Source: an uncultured Rikenellaceae bacterium
GTDB lineage: Bacteria; Bacteroidota; Bacteroidia; Bacteroidales; VadinHA17
Length of the DNA stretch: 64,000 nt
Assembly (NCBI GenBank): GCA_964568875.1
Contig: CAZMSH010000006.1
Span: 2,905 to 66,904, forward strand
Reading direction: 5' to 3'
Below the pieces are notes generated by a model that saw nothing but the letters and a program-made list of their open reading frames with translations, searched no databases and had not been told where the DNA came from. This document shows positions 15,832 to 24,265 of the stretch, piece after piece; positions within the stretch are counted from its first letter, which is position 1; each line of letters begins with the position of its first letter. The position numbers were made by a program, and so were the translations under genes.

Positions 15832-16914
15832 TTAAACGAGTTTCAGCAGTGGGCCGATTATACTCCTGAACATGAACTGCAGGGCTTTGCCGCGGTATGA
15901 GAAGTCATTGAATGTTCCGATAATAAAGGCCTCGGTTCCGGGATGATAAAACATGAAGGCTCCGGTTACCCCGACACAACCCCAGCTGTTGAGGGATGCG
16001 GGCATAAGCAGCGGAATCTGTTTGGGTTTCCATATTGAATAACCATATCTGAAGCCGATGGTCGGAAAGCCCATATCGATATCATCATTTATCATAAGAT
16101 TGAGGGCTTCGCTGCTGACGAGGCGATGTGAGGTCAGGGCCTTCATGAAGAGAAGGAATTCATCGAGCGGTGCGGTTATACTTCCCCCGGAATAGTCAAT
16201 CTGATGCACGCCGGGCATTTTTGTCAGGTCAACATCTTTTATATAAAGACCTGCTGGTGGTACCGATGGCCTGTTTTTTGGCTCTGAGAATCCGAACATA
16301 TATGCATTATTCATTCCCAGAGGTTCGAAGATCATCTCATGCATTACCTGGTGGAAAGGCTTACCGGTAACCTTTTCGATAATCAGACCCAGGAGGTAGT
16401 AGTTCGTGTCTGTGTAGAAGAGTTTTCTGCCCGGTTCGGCAACAGGTTTAAGGTTCTCCTTACACCAGAGGACAGCCTCCCGCGGTGTTATGGCGAATGA
16501 CGGGTCTGCCAGCATTTTCTCCCACAGAAGATAGAACACGTCATTCAGTCCGGATGTCTGCATCAGCAGGTGCCTTATGGTAATTTCACGCGAGTAGTCT
16601 GTACCCTTGAAAAGATGCAGGCCATCGATTAGCTCATCGTCGAGATACCGGCAGATGGCATCATTGAAACTGAGTTTTCCGGCTTCATGGAGCATGCCTG
16701 TTATGGTTGCGGTGAACAGCTTGCCGACACTTGCAAGGTGATTGGCCTGACTGGTTGTTGCCTGCACGTCTCCTGTCATTCCTTCGGCAATATTCATGTG
16801 AATATTGAGTTTATCGGAGCTTACCAGCAGGTATGCATTCCTGACATTCTTGTCATTGCGGACCTTTTTCCTGAAGACCGATTCGATCTTTTCCTGTACT
16901 TTTTGTTCCTTCAT
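15832..16914 (-). CDS. Serine hydrolase, beta-lactamase (class C/DD-peptidase-like) fold
   Basis: SxxK motif SVGKLFTA. 360 aa. Tightly packed upstream of the OCD gene. Confidence 0.8.
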   Translation of the reverse strand: MKEQKVQEKIESVFRKKVRNDKNVRNAYLLVSSDKLNIHMNIAEGMTGDVQATTSQANHLASVGKLFTATITGMLHEAGKLSFNDAICRYLDDELIDGLHLFKGTDYSREITIRHLLMQTSGLNDVFYLLWEKMLADPSFAITPREAVLWCKENLKPVAEPGRKLFYTDTNYYLLGLIIEKVTGKPFHQVMHEMIFEPLGMNNAYMFGFSEPKNRPSVPPAGLYIKDVDLTKMPGVHQIDYSGGSITAPLDEFLLFMKALTSHRLVSSEALNLMINDDIDMGFPTIGFRYGYSIWKPKQIPLLMPASLNSWGCVGVTGAFMFYHPGTEAFIIGTFNDFSYRGKALQFMFRSIIGPLLKLV

Positions 16915-17115
16915 AACATTAAATCCTTTTGTAAATTGAACCTGATATACCTGATGATGCGGCTACGATCATTGCCCTTTTCATATGCTTATATAAACAG
17001 CCCCAAAGTTATACATTGGGTTATTTCTTCCAAATTTTTCGTCATTCGCTTGCCAAAAGCACACATTCGTCGACTTTTTCTTTCAGGGTGTTCTTCCCAT
17101 GGGTAGTTTTGCCGA

Positions 17116-18249
17116 ATGAAACTGACTCTTATGATAATCACACTGACAGTTACACTGGCCTGTATTACTGCCTGCGGAAAGGGGAAGCCAGCTTTTTACC
17201 GCGATGCTGACGGCAGCGTTGCCCCGGGAAGCATAGCTGAGAAGATACTCGTGCCCATAGGAGGAGTCGATCAGGGGATGATAATCCGCACCAGGGATAT
17301 AAATAATCCGGTGCTGCTTTTTGTACATGGGGGCCCGGGGTTCCCTACATATTTCCTTGTTGAAAAGTACAATCCCGGCCTCGAGGAGCATTTCACGGTT
17401 TGCTACTGGGAGCAGCGGTGCGGAGGCCTCTCCTGGTCGCCCGGCATGACCCCTGAGAGCATAACCCTTGAAAAGCTTACGGCCGATGCCATTGAGGTGA
17501 CCAACTACCTGCGCCAGCGATTTAAGAAGGAGAAAATTTACATACTGGCTCATTCCGGTGGAACCACTATTGCGCTGCCGGCAGTTACACAGGCTCCGGA
17601 GCTTTACCATGCCTACATTGCCATGGCGCAGCTGACCAGGCAGCAGGAGTCGGAAAAGATAGCCTATGACTATATGCTGGAGTTGTATCATGAGAGGGAT
17701 GACCGCCGTATGGTAAAAAGGCTGGTAAAATACAGAGGGCTCGAGAGCGACGAGGATGTTCTCGCCTTTTACAATTCCGGACTACGTGACATGACGATGC
17801 ATGAATTGGGTATCGGGACCATGCGCACCATGCGGTCGGTATTCAAAGATATCTTTGTGGAGTCCTGGAAGTGCAGGGCGTATACTTTTCGCGAGAAGAT
17901 AAATCTCTGGAGGGCGAAGATGGGGTTCCTGCCAAAGACAAACCTGAGGCAGGAGACACTGTTTGCCGACTTTGCTGAGGAGTATCCTGAGGTGGAGATT
18001 CCGGTATATTTTGTTTGCGGACGGCACGACCTGACTGTAAATACCGCGTTAACGAGGGAGTACTACGACAAATTGAAGGCACCGGTAAAGCGCTTCTTCC
18101 TGTTCGAGAACTCGGCACATAGTCCGCTATTCGAGGAACCGGAGCGGTTCAGGGAGGTGGTGATGGGCCTGATGCCCGCATGGAGCATGGAGCATGGGGC
18201 ATGGAGCATGGGGTATGGGGTATGGCAAAAGGTAATCGGTAAATGGTAA
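17116..18249 (+). CDS. Alpha/beta hydrolase (proline iminopeptidase-like) lipoprotein
   Basis: Lipobox LACITAC, VHGGPGFP, nucleophile elbow AHSGG. The last ~24 codons lie in repeat locus L7. Confidence 0.8.
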   Translation: MKLTLMIITLTVTLACITACGKGKPAFYRDADGSVAPGSIAEKILVPIGGVDQGMIIRTRDINNPVLLFVHGGPGFPTYFLVEKYNPGLEEHFTVCYWEQRCGGLSWSPGMTPESITLEKLTADAIEVTNYLRQRFKKEKIYILAHSGGTTIALPAVTQAPELYHAYIAMAQLTRQQESEKIAYDYMLELYHERDDRRMVKRLVKYRGLESDEDVLAFYNSGLRDMTMHELGIGTMRTMRSVFKDIFVESWKCRAYTFREKINLWRAKMGFLPKTNLRQETLFADFAEEYPEVEIPVYFVCGRHDLTVNTALTREYYDKLKAPVKRFFLFENSAHSPLFEEPERFREVVMGLMPAWSMEHGAWSMGYGVWQKVIGKW

Positions 18250-18367
18250 ATGAGGTAAACGGAAAAGGTGATGGGCTCAAGGCATGGGCATGGGCATGGG
18301 GCCAGCCTTCGCTGATGGCTACGGCTGACAAAGCATGGGGCATGGGGCATGGGGTTGCGGATTTTGG
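18177..18367. repeat. Mosaic repeat locus L7 (GCATGGA/GCATGGG, GGTAATC/GGTAAAT units, M1 short form)
   Basis: Heptamer runs. M1 at 18295..18333. Positions 18292..18355 are identical to 20365..20428. Confidence 0.85.
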
Positions 18368-18409
18368 TCTTTTTTCTATATTTGCTTATTACCTAACCTA
18401 ATTTTTTTC

Positions 18410-20353
18410 ATGAACAAGATTCTGTATGTTACTGCTCTTTTGCTGGCTCTTTCCCTGCCGGCAACAACTCAAATCCCCACTTCAGGTCTCGTAAGTTTCT
18501 GGCCTTTTTCGGGCAACGCCAATGATGCCGGCCCGGGGTCAAACGACGGTACGGTAAACGGAGCAACACTGGTTGCCGACAGGCATGGCAGACCGGGCTC
18601 TGCCTATTACTTTGACGGTAACGACAATATCACGGTGCCGCATCACAGTTCTCTTGATATGGACGGTGCTCTGACCATTTCCTTCTGGGTTAAACCCGAC
18701 GAGTTACAGACCTCGGGAAACAGGATGATACTGGGCAAATCGAACTATATTAACAAAACCAATTTTCTTGTACGGGCACGCCCCAATGGCTATTTTCAGT
18801 GGGAGTATAACGGCTACACAGAGAATAATAACACAGCGATTACCACAACTGCATGGTACCACGTTACCGTCACAGCAGCCGGACCGGGCACCGGCAAGAA
18901 GATATACATAAACGGAGTTCCCGACATTGAGGATGAGTCTTCTTCTGGTCCCTACGGCCAGATAACCAATCCGCTTACCTTCGGTTATGCCAGCTACGGA
19001 TCGGAATACTTTAAAGGGGCTATCGACGACATCAGAATTTACAGCCGGGAGCTCAGTCAGGCAGAGGTCACAGCTCTCTACACTGAGGGTAACTGCAGCA
19101 CTTACAATGGTATATACGGGGTAAAGGAGAGTGATCTTACTTTTCTTATCAACGATGATTTTGAAGAAGGGGTTGTGGGTCAGTTACCGGAGGGATGGGT
19201 CATAAAACACAACGGCACTGCCACTGCCGATCAGAAGGTTACCGATCAGGTGGCCAGGAATGGAACCAAGTCGTTTGAGACATCGGGTCAGTCGGGATGG
19301 TCGGCCACCATCACCAAAACACCCGCATCAATGCCATCGCAGGTTGTTTTTGAATCGTGGGTTCGTCCCGAACTGGTGCTGACAGGTTATAGCGGTCGTA
19401 TATTGCTGGGTGATATGAGTGTTGGCACCTGGGGAACCCTGTGTGCGTCAGTCGATTTCCGGAACGGCCGTATTGAGGCAAGCTGTACAGGAGGTTCAGT
19501 GTATGACATAATGCCTTTCACCGCCGGTGAATGGTATCATATAAAGATCATAGCCGACAATGTATCGAAAACCTTCATGGTTCACATAAACGGCCTGCCG
19601 ATGTCAGGTACCTACTCATCGACCACTACTGCACGGTTCCCGATGCATGCCACGGTAAAACCGAGACAGGCAATTGTTTCTGCAGGCAACGGAGGGACGG
19701 TTAAGATGTGGTTTGACGACGTAAAGTTGTATGGCATTCCTGATCATCAGGTATGTCAGACAGAGGTGCCGTTTATATTCGGAACCCAGAGTATCACTGA
19801 GGAGGGTATCTATTCAGAGCTATTCACCAGTGTGAGGGGGTGTGACAGCACTCTGACGGTAAATATTAAGATTTCAACGATGCCCGATAACACAGTCACC
19901 GATAACAATCCGGTATTTACGGCAAATGAGAGTAATGCCACATACCAGTGGATTAACTGCAATACCGGAATGGCACTTGAGGGTGAGACGGGGCAGAGCT
20001 TCACGGCGACCTCGAACGGGAGTTACGCCGTGGTAGTGACCCGGGGTGCATGTGCCGACACATCGGCATGCTATTCTGTGACCACGCTTGATTTACATAA
20101 TGAGACAGCCGGGGATGAGCTAAGGGTTTATCCGAATCCGACTACAGGACAGGTAACGATTCCGGGTATTGACGACATGGCTGGCAGTGTGACAATTGAT
20201 GTCTTCAATGCATCCGGTACTCATGTCGCATCGCGAACGGTGGTTTCAGGCCGGGTTACTATAGACATTTCAAAGCATCCGGCGGGGGTTTACTTCTTGC
20301 GAGTAACTCAGGGGGATGTCATGAGAAAGGTAAGAGTTGTGAAGAAGGGATGA
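18410..20353 (+). CDS. LamG (concanavalin A-like lectin) domain protein with T9SS C-terminal sorting domain
   Basis: ATG at 18410 gives the signal peptide MNKILYVTALLLALSLPATTQ. LamG-type FDGNDNITVP...FKGAIDDIRIYSRELS. C-terminus RVYPNPTTGQ...AGVYFLRV. Confidence 0.85.
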   Translation: MNKILYVTALLLALSLPATTQIPTSGLVSFWPFSGNANDAGPGSNDGTVNGATLVADRHGRPGSAYYFDGNDNITVPHHSSLDMDGALTISFWVKPDELQTSGNRMILGKSNYINKTNFLVRARPNGYFQWEYNGYTENNNTAITTTAWYHVTVTAAGPGTGKKIYINGVPDIEDESSSGPYGQITNPLTFGYASYGSEYFKGAIDDIRIYSRELSQAEVTALYTEGNCSTYNGIYGVKESDLTFLINDDFEEGVVGQLPEGWVIKHNGTATADQKVTDQVARNGTKSFETSGQSGWSATITKTPASMPSQVVFESWVRPELVLTGYSGRILLGDMSVGTWGTLCASVDFRNGRIEASCTGGSVYDIMPFTAGEWYHIKIIADNVSKTFMVHINGLPMSGTYSSTTTARFPMHATVKPRQAIVSAGNGGTVKMWFDDVKLYGIPDHQVCQTEVPFIFGTQSITEEGIYSELFTSVRGCDSTLTVNIKISTMPDNTVTDNNPVFTANESNATYQWINCNTGMALEGETGQSFTATSNGSYAVVVTRGACADTSACYSVTTLDLHNETAGDELRVYPNPTTGQVTIPGIDDMAGSVTIDVFNASGTHVASRTVVSGRVTIDISKHPAGVYFLRVTQGDVMRKVRVVKKG

Positions 20354-20361
20354 GAAAGGAC

Positions 20362-20434
20362 TCAGGGCATGGGGCCAGCCTTCGCTGATGGCTACGGCTG
20401 ACAAAGCATGGGGCATGGGGCATGGGGTGCAGGT
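20362..20434. repeat. Mosaic repeat locus L8 (M1 short form plus GCATGGG x3)
   Basis: 20365..20428 is a perfect copy of 18292..18355. Confidence 0.85.
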
Positions 20435-20452
20435 ATATAAAATTTTTGCGAA

Positions 20453-21709
20453 ATGATGACAAAAACTGATAGTGTAAAATACAGTCCTGTTAAGCAGACA
20501 GAGAGGATTGAGATTATTGATTCTCTGAGAGGATTTGCGTTATTCGGTATCCTGATGGTGAATCTGCCATATATGTATGAACCGATGTCGCAGGTAATGA
20601 TTGGAGCAAAGCCAGATACTTCTGCAGCTCAAATTATTGCGGAATCATTCATTAAGTTCTTTTTTGAGGGGAAATTCTATGTGATCTTCTCAATGCTGTT
20701 TGGTTTCGGATTCTGGCTGTTCATGAATAAAAGCGCTGATAACGAGGCTTCTCCCCTGCCGCTTTTCAGGAGACGCCTTTTCTTTCTGCTTCTATTCGGA
20801 ATAGCGCATATTGCTCTCCTCTGGGCCGGTGATATACTGCTTTTATATGCCCTTATCGGGTTTTTACTGATACTGTTCAGAAAGAGTTCAGACCGCAGGA
20901 TTGTGAGGTGGGCTGTGGTCATGGCATTAATACCAACAATACTGACTTCAGTAATGTTTGTATTTATGTCACTGGCTTCACGGGTACCTGAGGCTAAAGA
21001 AGCAATTGATGCACAGATGCAGGGAAATGCCGATGTTATCACTGACTTAATAGAAAGGGCTGCACTGGCCTATTCAACCGGTAGTTTCGGTGAGATTATT
21101 TCGGTAAGGACCGAAGAGTATCTGACGCTGATTAGCGGAAGCCTGTTGTTCTTCAGTCCGGTTATCCTGGCGATGTTCCTGGCAGGGTTTCTTATTGCAC
21201 GTACCGGAATTGTAAAAAGGTACATGGAGAACCTGGATCTTTTTCGAAGGTTGTTCTGGTGGAGCCTGGCAGCAGGTGTTGTTACAAATGCGCTTTATGC
21301 CATCGCTTACCGTAATGCTGTTATGAGCGTTCCGGGCGGATGGTCGCTTTTATCTTCAACCATGCACACTTTCGGTGGCCTTTCACTCGGGTTATGTTAC
21401 ATATCGGGTATTGTTATTCTCTTCATTAAGGGACGATCAGGCTGGCTGACAAGGAACCTGGCTCCGGTAGGGCGGATGGCTCTTACGAATTATCTGATGC
21501 AATCAATCATTTGTGCTCTGCTTTTCCATTCGTATGGTTTTGGTTTATACGGAGAGTTGGAGATATGGCATGGTATTGTTCTGACATTTGTGATTTTCGC
21601 ATTACAGATAGTCTTCAGCCGCTGGTGGCTGAACCGTTTTCAGTTCGGACTCTTTGAATGGTTATGGCGAAGCCTGACTTATATGAGAGTTCAGCCACTA
21701 AGGAAATAA
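20453..21709 (+). CDS. DUF418/YeiB-like multi-pass membrane protein
   Basis: RIEIIDSLRGFALFGILMVN start and C-terminal FGLFEWLWRSLTY, typical of the family. Confidence 0.7.
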   Translation: MMTKTDSVKYSPVKQTERIEIIDSLRGFALFGILMVNLPYMYEPMSQVMIGAKPDTSAAQIIAESFIKFFFEGKFYVIFSMLFGFGFWLFMNKSADNEASPLPLFRRRLFFLLLFGIAHIALLWAGDILLLYALIGFLLILFRKSSDRRIVRWAVVMALIPTILTSVMFVFMSLASRVPEAKEAIDAQMQGNADVITDLIERAALAYSTGSFGEIISVRTEEYLTLISGSLLFFSPVILAMFLAGFLIARTGIVKRYMENLDLFRRLFWWSLAAGVVTNALYAIAYRNAVMSVPGGWSLLSSTMHTFGGLSLGLCYISGIVILFIKGRSGWLTRNLAPVGRMALTNYLMQSIICALLFHSYGFGLYGELEIWHGIVLTFVIFALQIVFSRWWLNRFQFGLFEWLWRSLTYMRVQPLRK

Positions 21710-21786
21710 GATGATCATATTATGCTCACGGGTTGGTTCGGGTACCGTGTCTGAAGTGCAGCATTAGATTCAAAAGGCTGATTTGG

Positions 21787-22734
21787 TCACTCCATTGTAA
21801 CCACAATCTTTCCGCGGAAGCCTCCTTTTTCAGCCAGGGCGAATGCTGAGCGCACTGAATCGAATGTGAAAGGGTATTCGATTACGGGGGTGAGCTTTCC
21901 ATTGGCAATCAGGCTTTCGAGCTCTGCGAAATCTTCAGGCATAGCGCGCATATTTGCTGAAGTGAGTTTAATACCAAATAGCAACCGCATCGGCAATGAC
22001 ATGAAGAACCGTGCGGGCGAAGGAATCGTGGAAGCATAAACACCCCCTCTTCGCAGGAGTCTCCTTATGGTTCCCAGGGGCATTGTACCGTATGCATCAA
22101 ATATTGCATCAAATTTTTGTGTAGGGCCTGATAGTAGTGCTTCACCGTACCCTGCTGTTTCATCTGCTCCAAGGTTCCTGACAAAATCGTTGTTTTCAGG
22201 CCTGCAGGTTGCAGTGACCACAGCGTCCCTGGCTCTGGCAATCTGAACTGCGAAATGCCCTACCCCACCTGTTGAACCATTTATCAAAACCGGGGTTCCT
22301 GCCTTAACCCTGCACCTTCTGATGCCGTTAAGTGCGGTAAGAGCGGCGACGGGCAGAGAAGCCGCCTCACTGAAGGAGAGACCGTCAGGGATCTTGCTCA
22401 CCCTGTTTGCTTCAACGGCCACCAGTCCGGCCAGGGTTCCCTGTTTACCGAAGAGAACACTTACCACACCGTACACCCTGTCTCCCGGGGCAAGGTGAAC
22501 AACGCCCTCAGGTACAGATTTTACTATGCCGGCGAAGTCTGATCCAACGATTTTCGGGAACTTCGATCCGGACAGGAATTTCAGGTCGCCCCGCTTAACC
22601 TTGTAGTCGACAGGGTTGATTGATGCTGCCCTGACTTCAACGAGAAGCTGGTTCTTTCCGGGAACAGGGTCGGGCAGGTCGCCGAGGAGTGATTTGTCGG
22701 GTCCGCCATAAGCCATTGAAAAGTATGCTTTCAT
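21787..22734 (-). CDS. NAD(P)H-dependent quinone oxidoreductase / MDR-family zinc-type dehydrogenase-like
   Basis: VLINGSTGGVGHFAVQIAR nucleotide-binding motif and a GroES-like N-terminus. Confidence 0.8.
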   Translation of the reverse strand: MKAYFSMAYGGPDKSLLGDLPDPVPGKNQLLVEVRAASINPVDYKVKRGDLKFLSGSKFPKIVGSDFAGIVKSVPEGVVHLAPGDRVYGVVSVLFGKQGTLAGLVAVEANRVSKIPDGLSFSEAASLPVAALTALNGIRRCRVKAGTPVLINGSTGGVGHFAVQIARARDAVVTATCRPENNDFVRNLGADETAGYGEALLSGPTQKFDAIFDAYGTMPLGTIRRLLRRGGVYASTIPSPARFFMSLPMRLLFGIKLTSANMRAMPEDFAELESLIANGKLTPVIEYPFTFDSVRSAFALAEKGGFRGKIVVTME

Positions 22735-22772
22735 AGGATCTGGGTTTTTTACAAATATACAGTATAACAGTT

Positions 22773-22826
22773 GAATGGGGGGTATGGTTTAAATGGGCGG
22801 TGTGGGGTATGCGGTGTCAGGTGAGG
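22773..22826. repeat. Short mosaic repeat locus L9
   Basis: GGGGGTATGG...GGTGTGGGGTATGCGGTGTCAGGTGAGG, 7-nt periodic units related to L1. Confidence 0.5.
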
Positions 22827-22830
22827 AGAA

Positions 22831-22858
22831 AGCCCGGGCTTTTCAGTCCGGGCCTTCC
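22831..22858 (-). terminator. Candidate rho-independent terminator of the OMP gene
   Basis: Stem GCCCGG/CCGGGC (22832..22837 and 22848..22853). The minus strand continues TTTCTCC. Confidence 0.45.
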
Positions 22859-22880
22859 ATCTGATACAATTAGCTTATTA

Positions 22881-23465
22881 TCAGAAATTCTTCAGAATAC
22901 CGATCCTGACTGAGAGGTAGTTGTAATTCAGGTTCATGCCTTCGCCGGCTTCATCGAGATATCTTGAGAGGTTATTGTATTTGACAACCGGGGTGAGACT
23001 CCATGACCTTCCCAGGTCGACATCGATACCTGCTGCGAACTGAAAGCCGAAACCATGGCCGCTGTCAGCCAGTATTTCTCCATTATCATTTTCAACCTCT
23101 ATATGGTTCCAGATTGCACCTCCCCTGAGAAACCAGCTGTTGGCTGATCGGTAGAACAGATGCTTGTACTGCAGGCCAAGCACATAACCGGTTTCTTCAT
23201 AGTCCCGGTCGGTTACTGATGACCCTGTAGATGTGCTGAACCAGTTATATCCCCATCCACCATAGATTCCGGTGCGGGGCAATACCCTCAGATGAAAAGC
23301 TCCATCATACCCGAAACCGGTCTTCAGTCCGTCAACAAAATTGCGTGTTGCAATTGAGGGACCCGCGCTGATTTCGAATCCGAATCTTTTACCGGTATCC
23401 TGAGCGCTGGATGAAAAGGAAAGAAATGTCATAACTGCTGATACAAATAATAGTCGCGTTTTCAT
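22881..23465 (-). CDS. Outer-membrane beta-barrel protein (porin/OmpW-like)
   Basis: Signal peptide, alternating beta-strand pattern, C-terminal ...RIGILKNF. Confidence 0.6.
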   Translation of the reverse strand: MKTRLLFVSAVMTFLSFSSSAQDTGKRFGFEISAGPSIATRNFVDGLKTGFGYDGAFHLRVLPRTGIYGGWGYNWFSTSTGSSVTDRDYEETGYVLGLQYKHLFYRSANSWFLRGGAIWNHIEVENDNGEILADSGHGFGFQFAAGIDVDLGRSWSLTPVVKYNNLSRYLDEAGEGMNLNYNYLSVRIGILKNF

Positions 23466-23766
23466 GTCTAATTGTTTTTAAGTGGTTTAAGTGTTTGATG
23501 GAACGAAGGTATCGTTGTTGTCACGGGAAGGAAACTTTATCTGTATGAAGGCGATGATCTGGATGCTGACCGGGTGGCCTGGTCATCCAAATGCAAGAAT
23601 ACCCTGATATTTGAGAGAAAAACGGTCATTTCGTATTGAGCAACCCTTTTATCGCTTTCAGCGGATGAAACAACAGATCCGGCAATTATAATTTGGGAAG
23701 GTTTCCGTACCACCATAGTTTTGGAGACAGAATCAACAATCACAAATTCCTATTAAATGAATAGTC

Positions 23767-24144
23767 ATGAATAAAACACTATTTCTGATTACTGTGGGAG
23801 TACTACTTTTATCAGGCTCATGTTTCAAAGATCCTGACATCAGGTTTGGATTCGACACTCTCTTCGGTAAGAATTCGCAAGGCGTCTCAATAATGAATGT
23901 CAGCAGCAGCGTAAGCACAATCACACTGAAAGGAGACATTGTCTTAACCAGTGGCGAGGTCTCTGTCGAGCTAACCGGGCCGGGCGACGAACCCATCTTC
24001 ACCCGCAGCCTGAAATCACCAGCCAGCATTCATATAGATGAATCTTATCAAGCTGCCCCGGGGAATTGGAAGCTTAGGTACAATAGTAATGAAGGAACCG
24101 GAACTCTTAAGCTGCACCTTGCCACCGGAAAACAGAAAACATAA
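23767..24144 (+). CDS. Hypothetical lipoprotein
   Basis: Lipobox LLLSGSC. No recognised family. Confidence 0.55.
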   Translation: MNKTLFLITVGVLLLSGSCFKDPDIRFGFDTLFGKNSQGVSIMNVSSSVSTITLKGDIVLTSGEVSVELTGPGDEPIFTRSLKSPASIHIDESYQAAPGNWKLRYNSNEGTGTLKLHLATGKQKT

Positions 24145-24265
24145 TCTGCGCTGTTTGATGTGCGCCAATGATATAGTGCGATGCTTTGAGCAGTCTATTG
24201 GAAAGGCCGGAAGGGCGATAAAAATGAATTATATTTGAAGACGACAGAAAGACAGGAGAAGAGTG

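Noticed and set aside
18063-18350. Minus-strand ORFs (18063-18350, 18149-18343), the 23-223 minus ORF, 10029-10385/10074-10337, and 31799-32163 ORFs.
   Set aside because: All are read-throughs of heptamer arrays or hairpin modules, giving periodic His/Pro/Met/Cys peptides. None has start context or conservation logic.
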